Assembly: GCA_965221125.1 (NCBI GenBank)
Contig: CBDCRW010000002.1
Span: 64,001-128,000 of the forward strand
Direction: 5' to 3'
DNA from: Alphaproteobacteria bacterium
Lineage (GTDB): Bacteria > Pseudomonadota > Alphaproteobacteria > UBA828
Length of the DNA: 64,000 nt
Below are positions 27,160 through 36,987 of this stretch, piece by piece (position 1 is the first letter of the stretch; each line of letters begins with the position of its first letter). The notes below the pieces were generated by a model. It was given only the letters and a program-made list of their open reading frames with translations. It made no database searches and was not told where the DNA came from. A program made the position numbers and the translations under genes.

Positions 27160-28065
27160 ATGGCAGAGGCCCCGACACCGTTGATCCGCCAGCCGGGGGT
27201 GGGCTCGCTCCTGTTCGGCTGGCTGCGCTCGCCCGGCGTGCTCAACGCGACGCCCGTCCTGGTCTTCTTCCTGATCGGCTTCGTCGGCCCGCTGGTGATC
27301 GTGCTGGCCTTCAGCTTCACGCCCGAGCGCACCTTCGACCTCGGCGCCGGCTTCACCACCGAGAACTACGAGCACATCTTCACGGAGAGCTACTACATCT
27401 CCTTCATCTGGTCGTTCGGGCTGGCCGGCGTCACCGTCCTCTGCAACCTCCTGATCGGCTACCCGATCGCCTACGGCCTCGCCAAGCTCTTCGGCCGCTG
27501 GGCCGCGCCGGTCATGCTGGTGCTCGTCATCCCCCTCTTCGTCTCGGAGAACGTGCGGCTCTTCGGCTGGTATCTCTTCCTGATCAAGGGCGGCGGCATC
27601 CTGGCGGGCGGGCTCAAGACCGCCTTCGGCATCGACACCGGCACCATGCTCTACGAGCCCGGCACCATCCTCATGGGCATGATCTACGTCTATCTGCCCT
27701 TCACCCTCTTCCCCATCGTGCTCGGGCTCTCCATGGTGCCGCGCGACCAGGTGGAGGCCTCGCGCGACCTCGGCGCGAGCCGCTTCCAGATCTTCCGCGA
27801 GGTGGAGCTGCCGATCGCCATGCCCGGCATCCTCATCGGCGCGCTGCTGACCTTCGTGCTGGCGGTCGGCGCGATCTCGGAGGCCAAGCTCTTGGGCGGC
27901 CAGAACACGCCGGTGATCGCGCAGGACATCCAGCACGAGTTCACCTACGCGCAGAACTGGCCGCTGGGCTCGGCGATCTCGGTGCTGGCCATCGTGGTCA
28001 CCGGCTTCCTCGTGGTGCTGGTGATGCGCCGGCTCGACCTCGACCGGCTGCTGGGCCGACGATGA
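27160..28065 (+). CDS. ABC transporter permease, PotB-like
   Basis: Hydrophobic helices and EASRDLGA (EAA loop). Confidence 0.92.
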   Translation: MAEAPTPLIRQPGVGSLLFGWLRSPGVLNATPVLVFFLIGFVGPLVIVLAFSFTPERTFDLGAGFTTENYEHIFTESYYISFIWSFGLAGVTVLCNLLIGYPIAYGLAKLFGRWAAPVMLVLVIPLFVSENVRLFGWYLFLIKGGGILAGGLKTAFGIDTGTMLYEPGTILMGMIYVYLPFTLFPIVLGLSMVPRDQVEASRDLGASRFQIFREVELPIAMPGILIGALLTFVLAVGAISEAKLLGGQNTPVIAQDIQHEFTYAQNWPLGSAISVLAIVVTGFLVVLVMRRLDLDRLLGRR

Positions 28066-28086
28066 CGGCTGCGGGCGGGCGCTGAG

Positions 28087-28890
28087 ATGGAGAACAAGCG
28101 CTGGGTCATATGGCTGATCGCGGTCTGGACCGGCGTGATCGCGCTCTTCCTCTACATCCCGATCTTCTCGGTCATCGTCAGCTCCTTCGGCAAGTCCCGC
28201 TACTTCCGCTTCCCCGTGAAGGCGTGGAGCGACAAGTGGTACGACCAGACGCTCGGCGCCAACCTGACCACGGACCTGCACCTCACCTCGTTCTACGTCG
28301 CGGGCTGCGTCGCGCTGATCGCGGTGGTGCTCGGCTTCTTCGGCGCCCTTGCCTTCGCCCGCTACAACTGGCGCGGCCGCCAGTTCTATCAGCGCCTCAT
28401 CATGCTGCCGATCTTCTTCCCCCAGGCCGTGCTCGGCCTGGCACTCCTGCTCTGGTTCACCTACGTCGGCGTGCTGCCGAGCTGGGAGGCGGCGGTCTTC
28501 GCCCATCTGGTCTGGATCGTGCCGATCGTGACGCTGGTGATCTCGATCCAGGTCTATGGCTTCGACGCGGCGCAGGAGGAGGCGGCCTACGACCTCGGCG
28601 CGAGCCGCTGGCAGGCCTTCCGCGAGGTCACGCTGCCGGCTTTGGCCCCCGGCCTCTTCTCCGGCGCGCTCTTCGCCTTCCTGCTGTCCTGGGGCAACTT
28701 CCCGCTGTCCACCTTCACCACGGGGGCGGACAGCACGGTGACCGAGTGGCTCTACACCAAGATGGGCTCCGGCTACACGCCGATGATCCCGACCATGGGC
28801 GCGCTCTCCGTGTTCGGCGCCATCGTCATCCTCTTCGGCGGCTACATGTTCCTGATCGCCCGCCGCCGCCGGCAGGAGCGGGGCGAGTAG
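28087..28890 (+). CDS. ABC transporter permease, PotC-like
   Basis: Hydrophobic helices and EEAAYDLGA. Confidence 0.92.
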   Translation: MENKRWVIWLIAVWTGVIALFLYIPIFSVIVSSFGKSRYFRFPVKAWSDKWYDQTLGANLTTDLHLTSFYVAGCVALIAVVLGFFGALAFARYNWRGRQFYQRLIMLPIFFPQAVLGLALLLWFTYVGVLPSWEAAVFAHLVWIVPIVTLVISIQVYGFDAAQEEAAYDLGASRWQAFREVTLPALAPGLFSGALFAFLLSWGNFPLSTFTTGADSTVTEWLYTKMGSGYTPMIPTMGALSVFGAIVILFGGYMFLIARRRRQERGE

Positions 28891-28937
28891 CGCCGCATTC
28901 GCTCACGCCAGGCCGAAGTCGTCGAACGGAGGCAGGA

Positions 28938-29957
28938 ATGGACCTCAGATCGCATATCCGGGCGCTGCCCAAGGCCGAGCTTCACCTGCATCTGGAAGGC
29001 GCGATCGACCCGGAACTGATGATGCGGCTGGCCGCCAGGAACGGGGTCGGGATCCCGTTCCGCTCGGCGGACGAGATTCGGGCCGCCTGCCGCTTCACCC
29101 GGCTGCAGGATTTCCTGGACCTCTACCACCAGGGCATGGCCGTGCTCCGCACCGAGGAGGACTATTTCGAGCTCACCGCAGCCTACCTGGAGCGCGTGGC
29201 CGCCGACGGCGCGGTTCACGTAGAGGTGTTCTTCGACCCCCAGGGCCACACGGCGCGCGGCATTCCCTTCGCCACCGCGGCGGACGGCATCCTGGCCGCG
29301 CTCGCGGAAGGCCGCGAGAGGCTGGGCGTCACGTCGCTGCTCATCATGAACGTCTGGCGCGACCTGAGCGAGGACGAGGGCTTCGCCGCCTTTCGCGAGG
29401 CCGAGCCCTATGTCGCCGACCGGCGGATCGCCGGCCTCGGCCTCGATTCGACCGAGTTGGGCCATCCGCCCGCGAAGTTCGAGCGCCTCTTCGCCGCGGC
29501 GCGCGAGGCCGGCCTCAGGCTCGTCGCCCACGCCGGCGAGGAGGGCCCGGCATCCTATGTCGCCGAGGCGGTGGACCGGCTGGGCATCGATCGCATCGAT
29601 CACGGCAACAGCGCCCTCGACGACCCGGCGCTGGTCCGCCGCCTGGCGGAGAGAGGCACGACGCTCACCGTGTGTCCGCTCTCCAACCTGCGGCTCGGCG
29701 TCGTCCCCGACCTGGAGCGGCACCCGCTGAAGCGCATGCTCGACGCGGGCCTCAAGGCCACCGTCAACTCGGACGATCCGGCCTATTTCGGGGGCTATCT
29801 GGTGGACAATTTCGTCGCGGTGGCCGAGGCGCTCGCGCTGGAGCGGGCGGACCTGGCCACGCTGGCGCGCAATTCGATTCAGGGCTCGTTCCTCGACGAG
29901 CCGGCGAAGTCGGCGCACCTGGAGCGGATCGACCGGGCCGTCGCGGCGGACGGGTGA
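28938..29957 (+). CDS. Adenine/adenosine deaminase family amidohydrolase
   Basis: PKAELHLHLEG, FFDPQ, AHAGE, RIDHG, CPLSN and NSDDP motifs. Confidence 0.92.
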   Translation: MDLRSHIRALPKAELHLHLEGAIDPELMMRLAARNGVGIPFRSADEIRAACRFTRLQDFLDLYHQGMAVLRTEEDYFELTAAYLERVAADGAVHVEVFFDPQGHTARGIPFATAADGILAALAEGRERLGVTSLLIMNVWRDLSEDEGFAAFREAEPYVADRRIAGLGLDSTELGHPPAKFERLFAAAREAGLRLVAHAGEEGPASYVAEAVDRLGIDRIDHGNSALDDPALVRRLAERGTTLTVCPLSNLRLGVVPDLERHPLKRMLDAGLKATVNSDDPAYFGGYLVDNFVAVAEALALERADLATLARNSIQGSFLDEPAKSAHLERIDRAVAADG

Positions 29958-30087
29958 TCGTGGCGCCCGGCCACGGTGCGGGTCTCCGCCGCGGGCACAC
30001 ACGCGGGAGTTGTCTCGCCGGGCGCATCGCGTTCTAATCCCCCCGCTTTTGGAAGACGCGCAGGCTGCGCGCCGCAGGGAGTAGCCG

Positions 30088-30390
30088 ATGGCCTATCAAG
30101 TCACGGAACAGGACCTTTACGTCGTCGACGAGTTCATGGAGAACCCGATCGGCCACCACAGCCCCGACCTGCAGCGGGTGCTCAACACGCTCCGGGGGGC
30201 GGACGTCAAGGGCAAGCACTGCCTTGTCTGCACCAAGCCCGGCCGCGAGTGGCAGCTCGCCCAGCTCTCGGGCGTGCGCGGCAAGCCGGTCAAGATGCTC
30301 GACAAGACCTTCGACAATATCGAGGACGCCGAGCGCTACGTCTTCCGCCTGCGCTGGAAGCAGCACACCGGCAAGGCGCTGCCCAAGTAG
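30088..30390 (+). CDS. N,N-dimethylformamidase small subunit-like protein
   Basis: EF..NPIGHHSPDLQRVLN.LR and AE..VF.LRW motifs, directly upstream of the large subunit. Confidence 0.75.
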   Translation: MAYQVTEQDLYVVDEFMENPIGHHSPDLQRVLNTLRGADVKGKHCLVCTKPGREWQLAQLSGVRGKPVKMLDKTFDNIEDAERYVFRLRWKQHTGKALPK

Positions 30391-30465
30391 ACGCCGCGAC
30401 CGCCACCGCGCGCGCGGCCCTCTGCACCACACACGATCGACCGCCAGGCCCTGGGGGAGCTACAC

Positions 30466-32718
30466 ATGACCAGAATCGCGGGCTATTCCGACCGCGTCAG
30501 CGTGACGCCGGGTGAGACCATCAACTTCATGGTGAGTTGCGAGGCGCCCTCCTACAAGTGCGACATCGTCCGCCTCATCTGCGGCGACCAGAACCCCGAC
30601 GGCCCCGGCGTCATCGAGAAGGTCGTCCGCACCGGCGCGAACGGCACCTACAAGGGCCGCCGCCAGGTCTGCCACGACGGCTCCTTCATGGAGGTCCCGG
30701 CGCACCCTGCGATCAACGGGCTGGAGAGCTTCACCTTCCAGGCCTTCATCTGGCCGACCACGCCGGATCGCGGCACCCAGGCGCTGATCTCGAGCTGGCG
30801 CGACCGCGACAAGGCCGGTGCTGCGCTCATCATCACCAAGAAGGACGGCTCGCTCGCGCTCTGCCTCGGCGACGGCGAGGGCAACATCGAGGTGACCGCC
30901 ACCAACCGCCCGCTGATCCCGCACCAGTGGTACTTCGTCGCGGCCGCCTACGACGCCGGCTCGAAGCAGGTGACGCTGGTGCAGCAGCCGCTGAACGAAT
31001 ACCCCAACGTCAAGCACAGCCGGGTCATGAAGAAAAAGTCCGCGCTGAGCGGGCCCGGCGGGCACGACGCGCCACTCACCATGGGCGGCTACTTCAAGCG
31101 CGTCGACAAGGGGCGGACCGTCTGCGGCGGCTTCTACAACGGGCGCATCGACAGCCCGCGCATCGCGAACCGCGTGCTGAGCCCGGCGGAGATGGAGCTT
31201 GCCAAGACCCGGCCCGTGGACGGCGATCTCTCCACCTCTATCGTCGGCGCCTGGGACTTCTCGCAAGGCATCAAGACGACGACGGCGACCGATCTCTCCG
31301 CCAACCGGCTGCACGGCAGCCTCGTCAACATGCCGACCCGCGCCGTCACCGGCTGGTGCTGGGACGGCAGCGAGATGAACTGGCAGAACGCGCCGGAGCA
31401 GTACGGCGCGATCCACTTCCACGAGGACGACGTCTACGACGCGCGCTGGGAGGTCGATTTCTCGCTCACCTGCCCGAAGCGGCTGAAGAGCGGCGTCTAT
31501 GCCGCGAGGCTGCGCGGCGAAGGCGGCGGCGAGGAGTACATCCCCTTCGCCGTGCGCGCACCGCGCGGCCAGCCCACCGCGAAGATCTGCTTCCTGCTGC
31601 CCACCGCGAGCTACATGGCCTACGCCAACACCAACATGTCCACCAACATGGGGGCGGCGCAGATCCTCGCCGGCCGGCTCACGGTGCTGAACGACAGGAA
31701 CCTCCAGCGGAGCGAGCACCGGGAATACGGGACCTCGCTCTACGACAGCCACATCGACGGCAGCGGCATCTGCTACTCCTCGCGGCTGCGCCCGATCCTC
31801 AACTTCCGCCCGAAGGCGCTGGAGTGGATCGGCGGCACGGAGTCCACGCTCTGGCAGTTCAATGCCGACACGCACCTGACCGAGTGGCTGGAGGCCAAGG
31901 GCTTCGAGTACGACGTCGTCACCGACGAGGACCTGCACTACGAGGGCCTCTCGGCAATCGAGGACTACACGGTCGTGCTCTCCGGCTCGCACCCGGAATA
32001 CCACTCGAAGGCGATGTGGGATGCGATGTACGCCTACCAGCAGCGGGGCGGCCGGCTCATGTACATGGGCGCCAACGGCTGGTACTGGCGCATCGCCTTC
32101 CACACCGAGGTGCCGGGCTGCATCGAAGTGCGCCGCGCCGAGGACGGCATCCGCACCTGGATCGCGCGGCCCGGCGAGTACTACCACAGCTTCACCGGCG
32201 AGTACGGCGGCCTCTGGCGGCGCAACGGCCGCCCGCCCCAGGTGATCGTCGGCACCGGCTTCAGCGCGCAGGGCTTCGATATCTCGTCCTACTACGTGCG
32301 CCAGCCGGACAGCTTCAAGAAGGAGGTCGCCTGGATCTTCGACGGCATCGGCGAGGACGAGAGGATCGGCGACTTCGGGCTGATCGGCGGCGGTGCTGCG
32401 GGGCTCGAACTCGACCGGGTCGACCCGCTGCTCGGCACGCCGCCCAACACCTACACGCTGGCCACGTCGGAGGGTCACACCGACCTCTACCTCGTGGTCT
32501 GCGAGGAGCTGGACGTGAACCGGCCCAACTGCGACGGCACGCAGGACCCGCTGGTGCGCGCCGACGTCGTGTTCTACGAGACCGCGAACGGCGGCGCCGT
32601 GTTCTCCACCAGCTCCATCGCCTGGTGCGGGAGCCTCGCGCACAACGACCACGACAACAACGTCTCGCGCATGACCGAGAACGTCCTGCGCCGCTTCGCC
32701 GATCCGACCCCGTTCTGA
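30466..32718 (+). CDS. N,N-dimethylformamidase large subunit-like protein
   Basis: GY.DR.S..PG, LamG-like region, PTASYMAYAN, SLYD.H.DG.G, GSHPEY and YMGANG.YW motifs. Confidence 0.88.
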   Translation: MTRIAGYSDRVSVTPGETINFMVSCEAPSYKCDIVRLICGDQNPDGPGVIEKVVRTGANGTYKGRRQVCHDGSFMEVPAHPAINGLESFTFQAFIWPTTPDRGTQALISSWRDRDKAGAALIITKKDGSLALCLGDGEGNIEVTATNRPLIPHQWYFVAAAYDAGSKQVTLVQQPLNEYPNVKHSRVMKKKSALSGPGGHDAPLTMGGYFKRVDKGRTVCGGFYNGRIDSPRIANRVLSPAEMELAKTRPVDGDLSTSIVGAWDFSQGIKTTTATDLSANRLHGSLVNMPTRAVTGWCWDGSEMNWQNAPEQYGAIHFHEDDVYDARWEVDFSLTCPKRLKSGVYAARLRGEGGGEEYIPFAVRAPRGQPTAKICFLLPTASYMAYANTNMSTNMGAAQILAGRLTVLNDRNLQRSEHREYGTSLYDSHIDGSGICYSSRLRPILNFRPKALEWIGGTESTLWQFNADTHLTEWLEAKGFEYDVVTDEDLHYEGLSAIEDYTVVLSGSHPEYHSKAMWDAMYAYQQRGGRLMYMGANGWYWRIAFHTEVPGCIEVRRAEDGIRTWIARPGEYYHSFTGEYGGLWRRNGRPPQVIVGTGFSAQGFDISSYYVRQPDSFKKEVAWIFDGIGEDERIGDFGLIGGGAAGLELDRVDPLLGTPPNTYTLATSEGHTDLYLVVCEELDVNRPNCDGTQDPLVRADVVFYETANGGAVFSTSSIAWCGSLAHNDHDNNVSRMTENVLRRFADPTPF

Positions 32719-32725
32719 GCACGCC

Positions 32726-33520
32726 TTGCCCATAGGGGCGGAGCGGGTTTCCGCCCCGTCGGCCCCGACCGGCGGGCCGGTGCTGGAGGTCGACGCGCTC
32801 ACCAAGCGCTTCAGCAAGGTGACCGCCGTCGACGCGGTGAGCTTCACCGTGGCGCGGGGCGCGACCGCGGCGCTGCTCGGCGCGAACGGTGCCGGCAAGA
32901 CCACCACCATCGCGATGATCCTGGGCCTGCTGCTGCCGAGCGCAGGCTCCGTGCGCGTCTTCGGCCGCGAGATGGCGACGGAGCGCTACGCCCTGCTGCC
33001 CCGCATGAACTTCTCCTCGCCCTACACGGACCTCCCCCACCGGCTCACCGTGCGCGAGAACCTCACCGTCTATGCGAGGCTCTACGGCCTGGCCGACGTC
33101 CGCGCGCGCATCGAGCGCATGGCGGAGACCCTCGACCTCGGCGATTTCCTCAAGCGGCCCACCGGCAAGCTCTCGGCCGGGCAGCGGACGCGCGTGGCCC
33201 TCGCCAAGGCGCTGCTCAACGACCCGGAATTGCTGCTGCTGGACGAGCCCTCGGCCTCGCTCGACCCCGACACGGCCGACTGGGTGCGGGGCGTCATCGA
33301 GCGCTACCGGGCCGAGACCGGCGCCACGATCCTGCTCGCCTCCCACAACATGGCCGAGGTGGAACGCCTCTGCGACGACGTGCTCGTGATGTGCGCGGGC
33401 CGCATCGTGGAAAGCGGCACGCCTGCGGACATGATCGCACGCCACGGCCTCGGCACGCTGGAGGAGGTCTTTCTCGAGATCGTGCGGGGCACGGGCAGCC
33501 TCGGCGAGGCGGCGCCGTGA
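32726..33520 (+). CDS. ABC-2 type exporter ATP-binding protein (start uncertain)
   Basis: GANGAGKTT, LSAGQ, LLDEP and SH motifs. Confidence 0.88.
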   Translation: MPIGAERVSAPSAPTGGPVLEVDALTKRFSKVTAVDAVSFTVARGATAALLGANGAGKTTTIAMILGLLLPSAGSVRVFGREMATERYALLPRMNFSSPYTDLPHRLTVRENLTVYARLYGLADVRARIERMAETLDLGDFLKRPTGKLSAGQRTRVALAKALLNDPELLLLDEPSASLDPDTADWVRGVIERYRAETGATILLASHNMAEVERLCDDVLVMCAGRIVESGTPADMIARHGLGTLEEVFLEIVRGTGSLGEAAP

Positions 33521-34347
33521 TGGGGAACGGCGGCGCACGCGCGCTCCCGTGGCCGGGACCTCTGCAGCGCATATGGGCGCTGGTGCTGCGCCACACCTAC
33601 CTGCTGCGGCGCTCCTGGCCGCGCCTGCTCGAGCTCACCTACTGGCCCACGGTGCAGATGATCATCTGGGGCCTGGTGACCATGTTCCTCGTCACCAACA
33701 GTTCGTGGGTGGCGCAGGCGGCGGGCGTGCTGCTCGCCGGCGTGATCCTGTGGGACGTGATGTTTCGCGGCCAGATCGGGCTTTCCCTGGTGTTCATCGA
33801 GGAGATGTGGTCGCGCAACCTCGGCCACCTCTTCGTGAGCCCGCTCCGGCCCTGGGAGCTGATCTGCGCGCTCATGCTCATCAGCCTGATCCGCACGCTG
33901 ATCGGGATGACGGGCGCGGTGGGCTTCGCCTTCCTGCTCTACGCGTTCTCGATCTTCGATCTCGGCTTCGCGCTGATCGGCTTCTTCGTGAACCTGATCG
34001 TGATGGGCTGGGCCGTGGGCTTCTTCGTCTGCGGCCTGGTGCTGCGCTACGGCCTCGGCGCGGAGAGCCTCGCCTGGTTCCTGATCTTCGCGCTGGCACC
34101 CTTCAGCTGCGTCTACTACCCGCTCTCGATCCTGCCGGACTGGCTGGAGCCGGTCGCCGCCATCCTGCCCTCCGCCCACGTCTTCGAGGGGATGCGCGCA
34201 CTCCTGGTGGACGGCGTCTTCAGCGGCGATCACATGATGCGCGCGAGCCTGCTCAACATCGCCTGGATGGCGGTCGGCGTCGCCACCTTTCTCGCCTTCC
34301 TGCGCAGCGCCCGCATCCGCGGCCTGCTGCACCAGATCGGCGAATAG
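33520..34347 (+). CDS. ABC-2 type exporter permease
   Basis: Six hydrophobic segments and YYP...LP.WL motif. Overlaps the ATPase stop. Confidence 0.88.
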   Translation: MGNGGARALPWPGPLQRIWALVLRHTYLLRRSWPRLLELTYWPTVQMIIWGLVTMFLVTNSSWVAQAAGVLLAGVILWDVMFRGQIGLSLVFIEEMWSRNLGHLFVSPLRPWELICALMLISLIRTLIGMTGAVGFAFLLYAFSIFDLGFALIGFFVNLIVMGWAVGFFVCGLVLRYGLGAESLAWFLIFALAPFSCVYYPLSILPDWLEPVAAILPSAHVFEGMRALLVDGVFSGDHMMRASLLNIAWMAVGVATFLAFLRSARIRGLLHQIGE

Positions 34348-34350
34348 CGA

Positions 34351-35379
34351 TCAGTCCGCCGGGCCGCTGACCCCGGCCGAGTCGAAGGTCGCCATGCCGT
34401 TGTGCGCCGCCACCGCCATGCGCACGAGCCCGGCGGCGAGCGCCGCGCCCGAAGCCTCGCCGAGCCTGAGGCCGAGATCGAGCAGAGGGTCCAGCGCCAG
34501 CGCCTCCAGCAGCTTCCGGTGGCCCGGCTCCGCCGAGCGGTGCGCGACCTGCGCGTGGTCGAGGCCGCCAGCCCGCAGATGCGCGACGACCGCGGCCGCC
34601 GCGGTGCAGGCGAAGCCGTCGAGCAGCACGGGCACGCGCGCGTGCCGGGCGCGCACCACGGCGCCCGCGATCGCCGCAAGCTCGCGCCCGCCGACGCGCC
34701 TGAGCGCGGCGAGCGGATCGCGCCGGGCCTCGGGATGCCGCGCGAGCGCCGCATCGACCGCGGCGGCCTTGCGTGCGAGCCCGTCCCGGTCGACTCCTGT
34801 CCCCGGCCCCACCCACGCCGCGCCGTCGCCGCCGCAGAGCGCCGCCGCGAGCGCCGCCGCGGCGGTGGTGTTGCCGATGCCCATCTCGCCCAGGCAGAGC
34901 AGGTCGGCACCCGCATCCACCGCCGCCATGCCCGCCTCCAGCGCCGCGACGCAGTCCGCCTCGCCGAGCGCAGGCGCTTCGGTCATGTCCACGGTGGGCC
35001 GGTGGAGATCGAGGGGCACCACCGTCAACGCCGCGCCCAGCACGTCGCAGAGCTGGTTGATGGCGGCGCCGCCCGCCTCGAAGTTGGCCACCATCTGCGC
35101 CGTCACGGCGGCCGGATAGGCCGAGACTCCGCGCGCCGCCACGCCATGATTGCCGGCGAAGACGACGACCTGGATTCGCTCCGCCCGCGGCGGATGACGC
35201 CCCTGCCACGCCGCAGCCCACCGGGCGAGCGCTTCCAGCTGGCCCAACGCGCCCGCCGGCTTGGTGAGCCCGGCATCGTGCGCCCTCGCCCGCTCCGCCG
35301 CCGCCTTGTCCGGCCCCGGCATGGCCGCGACGCGCGCGCGGAATTCGCTCGACGAGGCGAGCCGGAAGTCGTCATGCAT
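34351..35379 (-). CDS. cobT: Nicotinate-nucleotide--dimethylbenzimidazole phosphoribosyltransferase
   Basis: LTKP.G.LG.LE, FAGNHGV, GEMGIGNTT and LRLGE.SGA motifs. Confidence 0.95.
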   Translation of the reverse strand: MHDDFRLASSSEFRARVAAMPGPDKAAAERARAHDAGLTKPAGALGQLEALARWAAAWQGRHPPRAERIQVVVFAGNHGVAARGVSAYPAAVTAQMVANFEAGGAAINQLCDVLGAALTVVPLDLHRPTVDMTEAPALGEADCVAALEAGMAAVDAGADLLCLGEMGIGNTTAAAALAAALCGGDGAAWVGPGTGVDRDGLARKAAAVDAALARHPEARRDPLAALRRVGGRELAAIAGAVVRARHARVPVLLDGFACTAAAAVVAHLRAGGLDHAQVAHRSAEPGHRKLLEALALDPLLDLGLRLGEASGAALAAGLVRMAVAAHNGMATFDSAGVSGPAD

Positions 35380-35498
35380 GGTTGTTCCGCGCGGGCGTTC
35401 CCGCCATCTGCGATCTGTGGGGTTTCTTGGCGGCGTCGCCGCCCTGGCCTATAAGGCTGAGGGAGGATGCCGGGCCGGTGCGGACCGGGCAAGGGCAG

Positions 35499-36305
35499 AT
35501 GCGTTACGACGACGGCGACGAGGCTCCCCTCCAGCAGGCGGCCTACCGCGCGGTGCGGACCTGGCGGAGCGATCTCCGCGCCTCGCTCCTGTTCCTGACG
35601 CGGGTGCCGCTGAAGGCGGCCCGCGCCGAGGGCGATTCGCCACCGCTCGGCCGTGCCGTGCGCGCCTTCCCCATCGTCGGCGCGCTCATCGGGCTGGCCG
35701 CGGGGATCGTCTACGCCATCGCCGCCGGCATCGGCCTGCCCGACATCGTGGCCGCGGTGCTCGCCGTCGGCGCCGGCGCGCTCGTCACCGGCGCGCTGCA
35801 CGAGGACGGCCTCGCCGACATGGCGGACGGCTTCGGCGGCGGAAGCACGCCCGAGCGCAAGCTCGCCATCATGCGGGACAGCCGCATCGGCGCCTACGGC
35901 GTGATCGCGCTGGTCGTGGTGCTGGCGGCGAAGGTGGGCGCGATCTCCGACCTCGGCAGCACCGGGCTCGTGGTCGCCGCCCTGGTGGCCGCGGCCGCCG
36001 CCTCGCGCGCGGCGATGCCGGCCGTCATGCTGTGGCTGGAGCCGGCACGGGCAGACGGCCTCGCCGCCGACGCAGGCCGCCCGCCGTCCAGCCACGTGTG
36101 GACCGGCCTCGCCTTGGCCGCCGTGCTCGCCGTGGGTCTGCTCACCTGGAGCGGCCTCGTCGCCTTCATCGTCGCCGGCCTCGGCGCCGCTGCCGTCGCC
36201 TGGCTTGCGGAGCGGCAGGTGGGCGGCCACACTGGAGACGTCCTGGGCGGCGTTCAACAGTTCTCAGAGGTCCTCTTCCTTCTCACTCTTGCGGCAGTCA
36301 GATGA
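35499..36305 (+). CDS. cobS: Adenosylcobinamide-GDP ribazoletransferase
   Basis: FLTR.P, TGALHEDGLAD.ADG, IMRDSRIG.YG and GG.TGDVLG motifs. Confidence 0.93.
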   Translation: MRYDDGDEAPLQQAAYRAVRTWRSDLRASLLFLTRVPLKAARAEGDSPPLGRAVRAFPIVGALIGLAAGIVYAIAAGIGLPDIVAAVLAVGAGALVTGALHEDGLADMADGFGGGSTPERKLAIMRDSRIGAYGVIALVVVLAAKVGAISDLGSTGLVVAALVAAAAASRAAMPAVMLWLEPARADGLAADAGRPPSSHVWTGLALAAVLAVGLLTWSGLVAFIVAGLGAAAVAWLAERQVGGHTGDVLGGVQQFSEVLFLLTLAAVR

Positions 36306-36928
36306 CCACCACAGTCACCCGGTGGTGGTGGGTGCGCCACGCGCCCGTCACCGATCATGGCGGCCGGCTCTACGGCCGCACCGACGTCTCCGCCAACACC
36401 AGCGAGCGCCCGCGCTTCGAGGGGCTCGCGCATGCGCTGCCCGAAGGCGCGGTGTGGATCACCAGCGCCCTGCTGCGCGCGCACCAGACCGCCGATGCCA
36501 TCGCGGACGCGGGCCACGCGGTGCCGGAGCGCGCCATCGAGGCGGACTTCGACGAGCAGGATTTCGGCGTCTGGCACGGGCTCACCTGGAGCGAGGTCGC
36601 GTCCGAGCGCGGCAGCGGGCTCGCCCACAAGTACTGGGTCGCGCCGGCGCACGTGACCCCGCCGAAGGGCGAGAGCTTCGCCGACGTGATCGCGCGCGCC
36701 AGCGGCGCCATCGCCCGCTGCACGGCCCGGCATCCCGGCAGCGACATCGTCGCCGTGGCTCACGGCGGGACGATCCGCGCGGCGCTCGCATTGGCCCTCG
36801 GCCTCGATCCCGAGCACGCGCTCGCCTTCAGCATCGACAACCTCTCGATCACCCGTATCGACCACGTTGACGCGCCGGCCAAGGGCGGCGCTTGGCGGGT
36901 CAACGCGGTCAACCTGCCGCCGGTCTGA
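36302..36928 (+). CDS. Histidine phosphatase family protein (CobC-like by context)
   Basis: VRHA, S.L.RA.QTA, EQDFG.W.G, GES and HGG.IR motifs. Overlaps cobS. Confidence 0.85.
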   Translation: MTTTVTRWWWVRHAPVTDHGGRLYGRTDVSANTSERPRFEGLAHALPEGAVWITSALLRAHQTADAIADAGHAVPERAIEADFDEQDFGVWHGLTWSEVASERGSGLAHKYWVAPAHVTPPKGESFADVIARASGAIARCTARHPGSDIVAVAHGGTIRAALALALGLDPEHALAFSIDNLSITRIDHVDAPAKGGAWRVNAVNLPPV

Positions 36929-36987
36929 ACGCCCGCTTTGCCCGCGGGCCGGCTGCATGGCGCCGGCGGAGCGCGTAGAGTGACGCC

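Noticed and set aside
28899-28911. TCGCTCACGCCAG, a 12/13 match to the repeat core (weaker match near 58324)
   Set aside because: No accompanying hairpins or second conserved block; likely chance in high-GC DNA.
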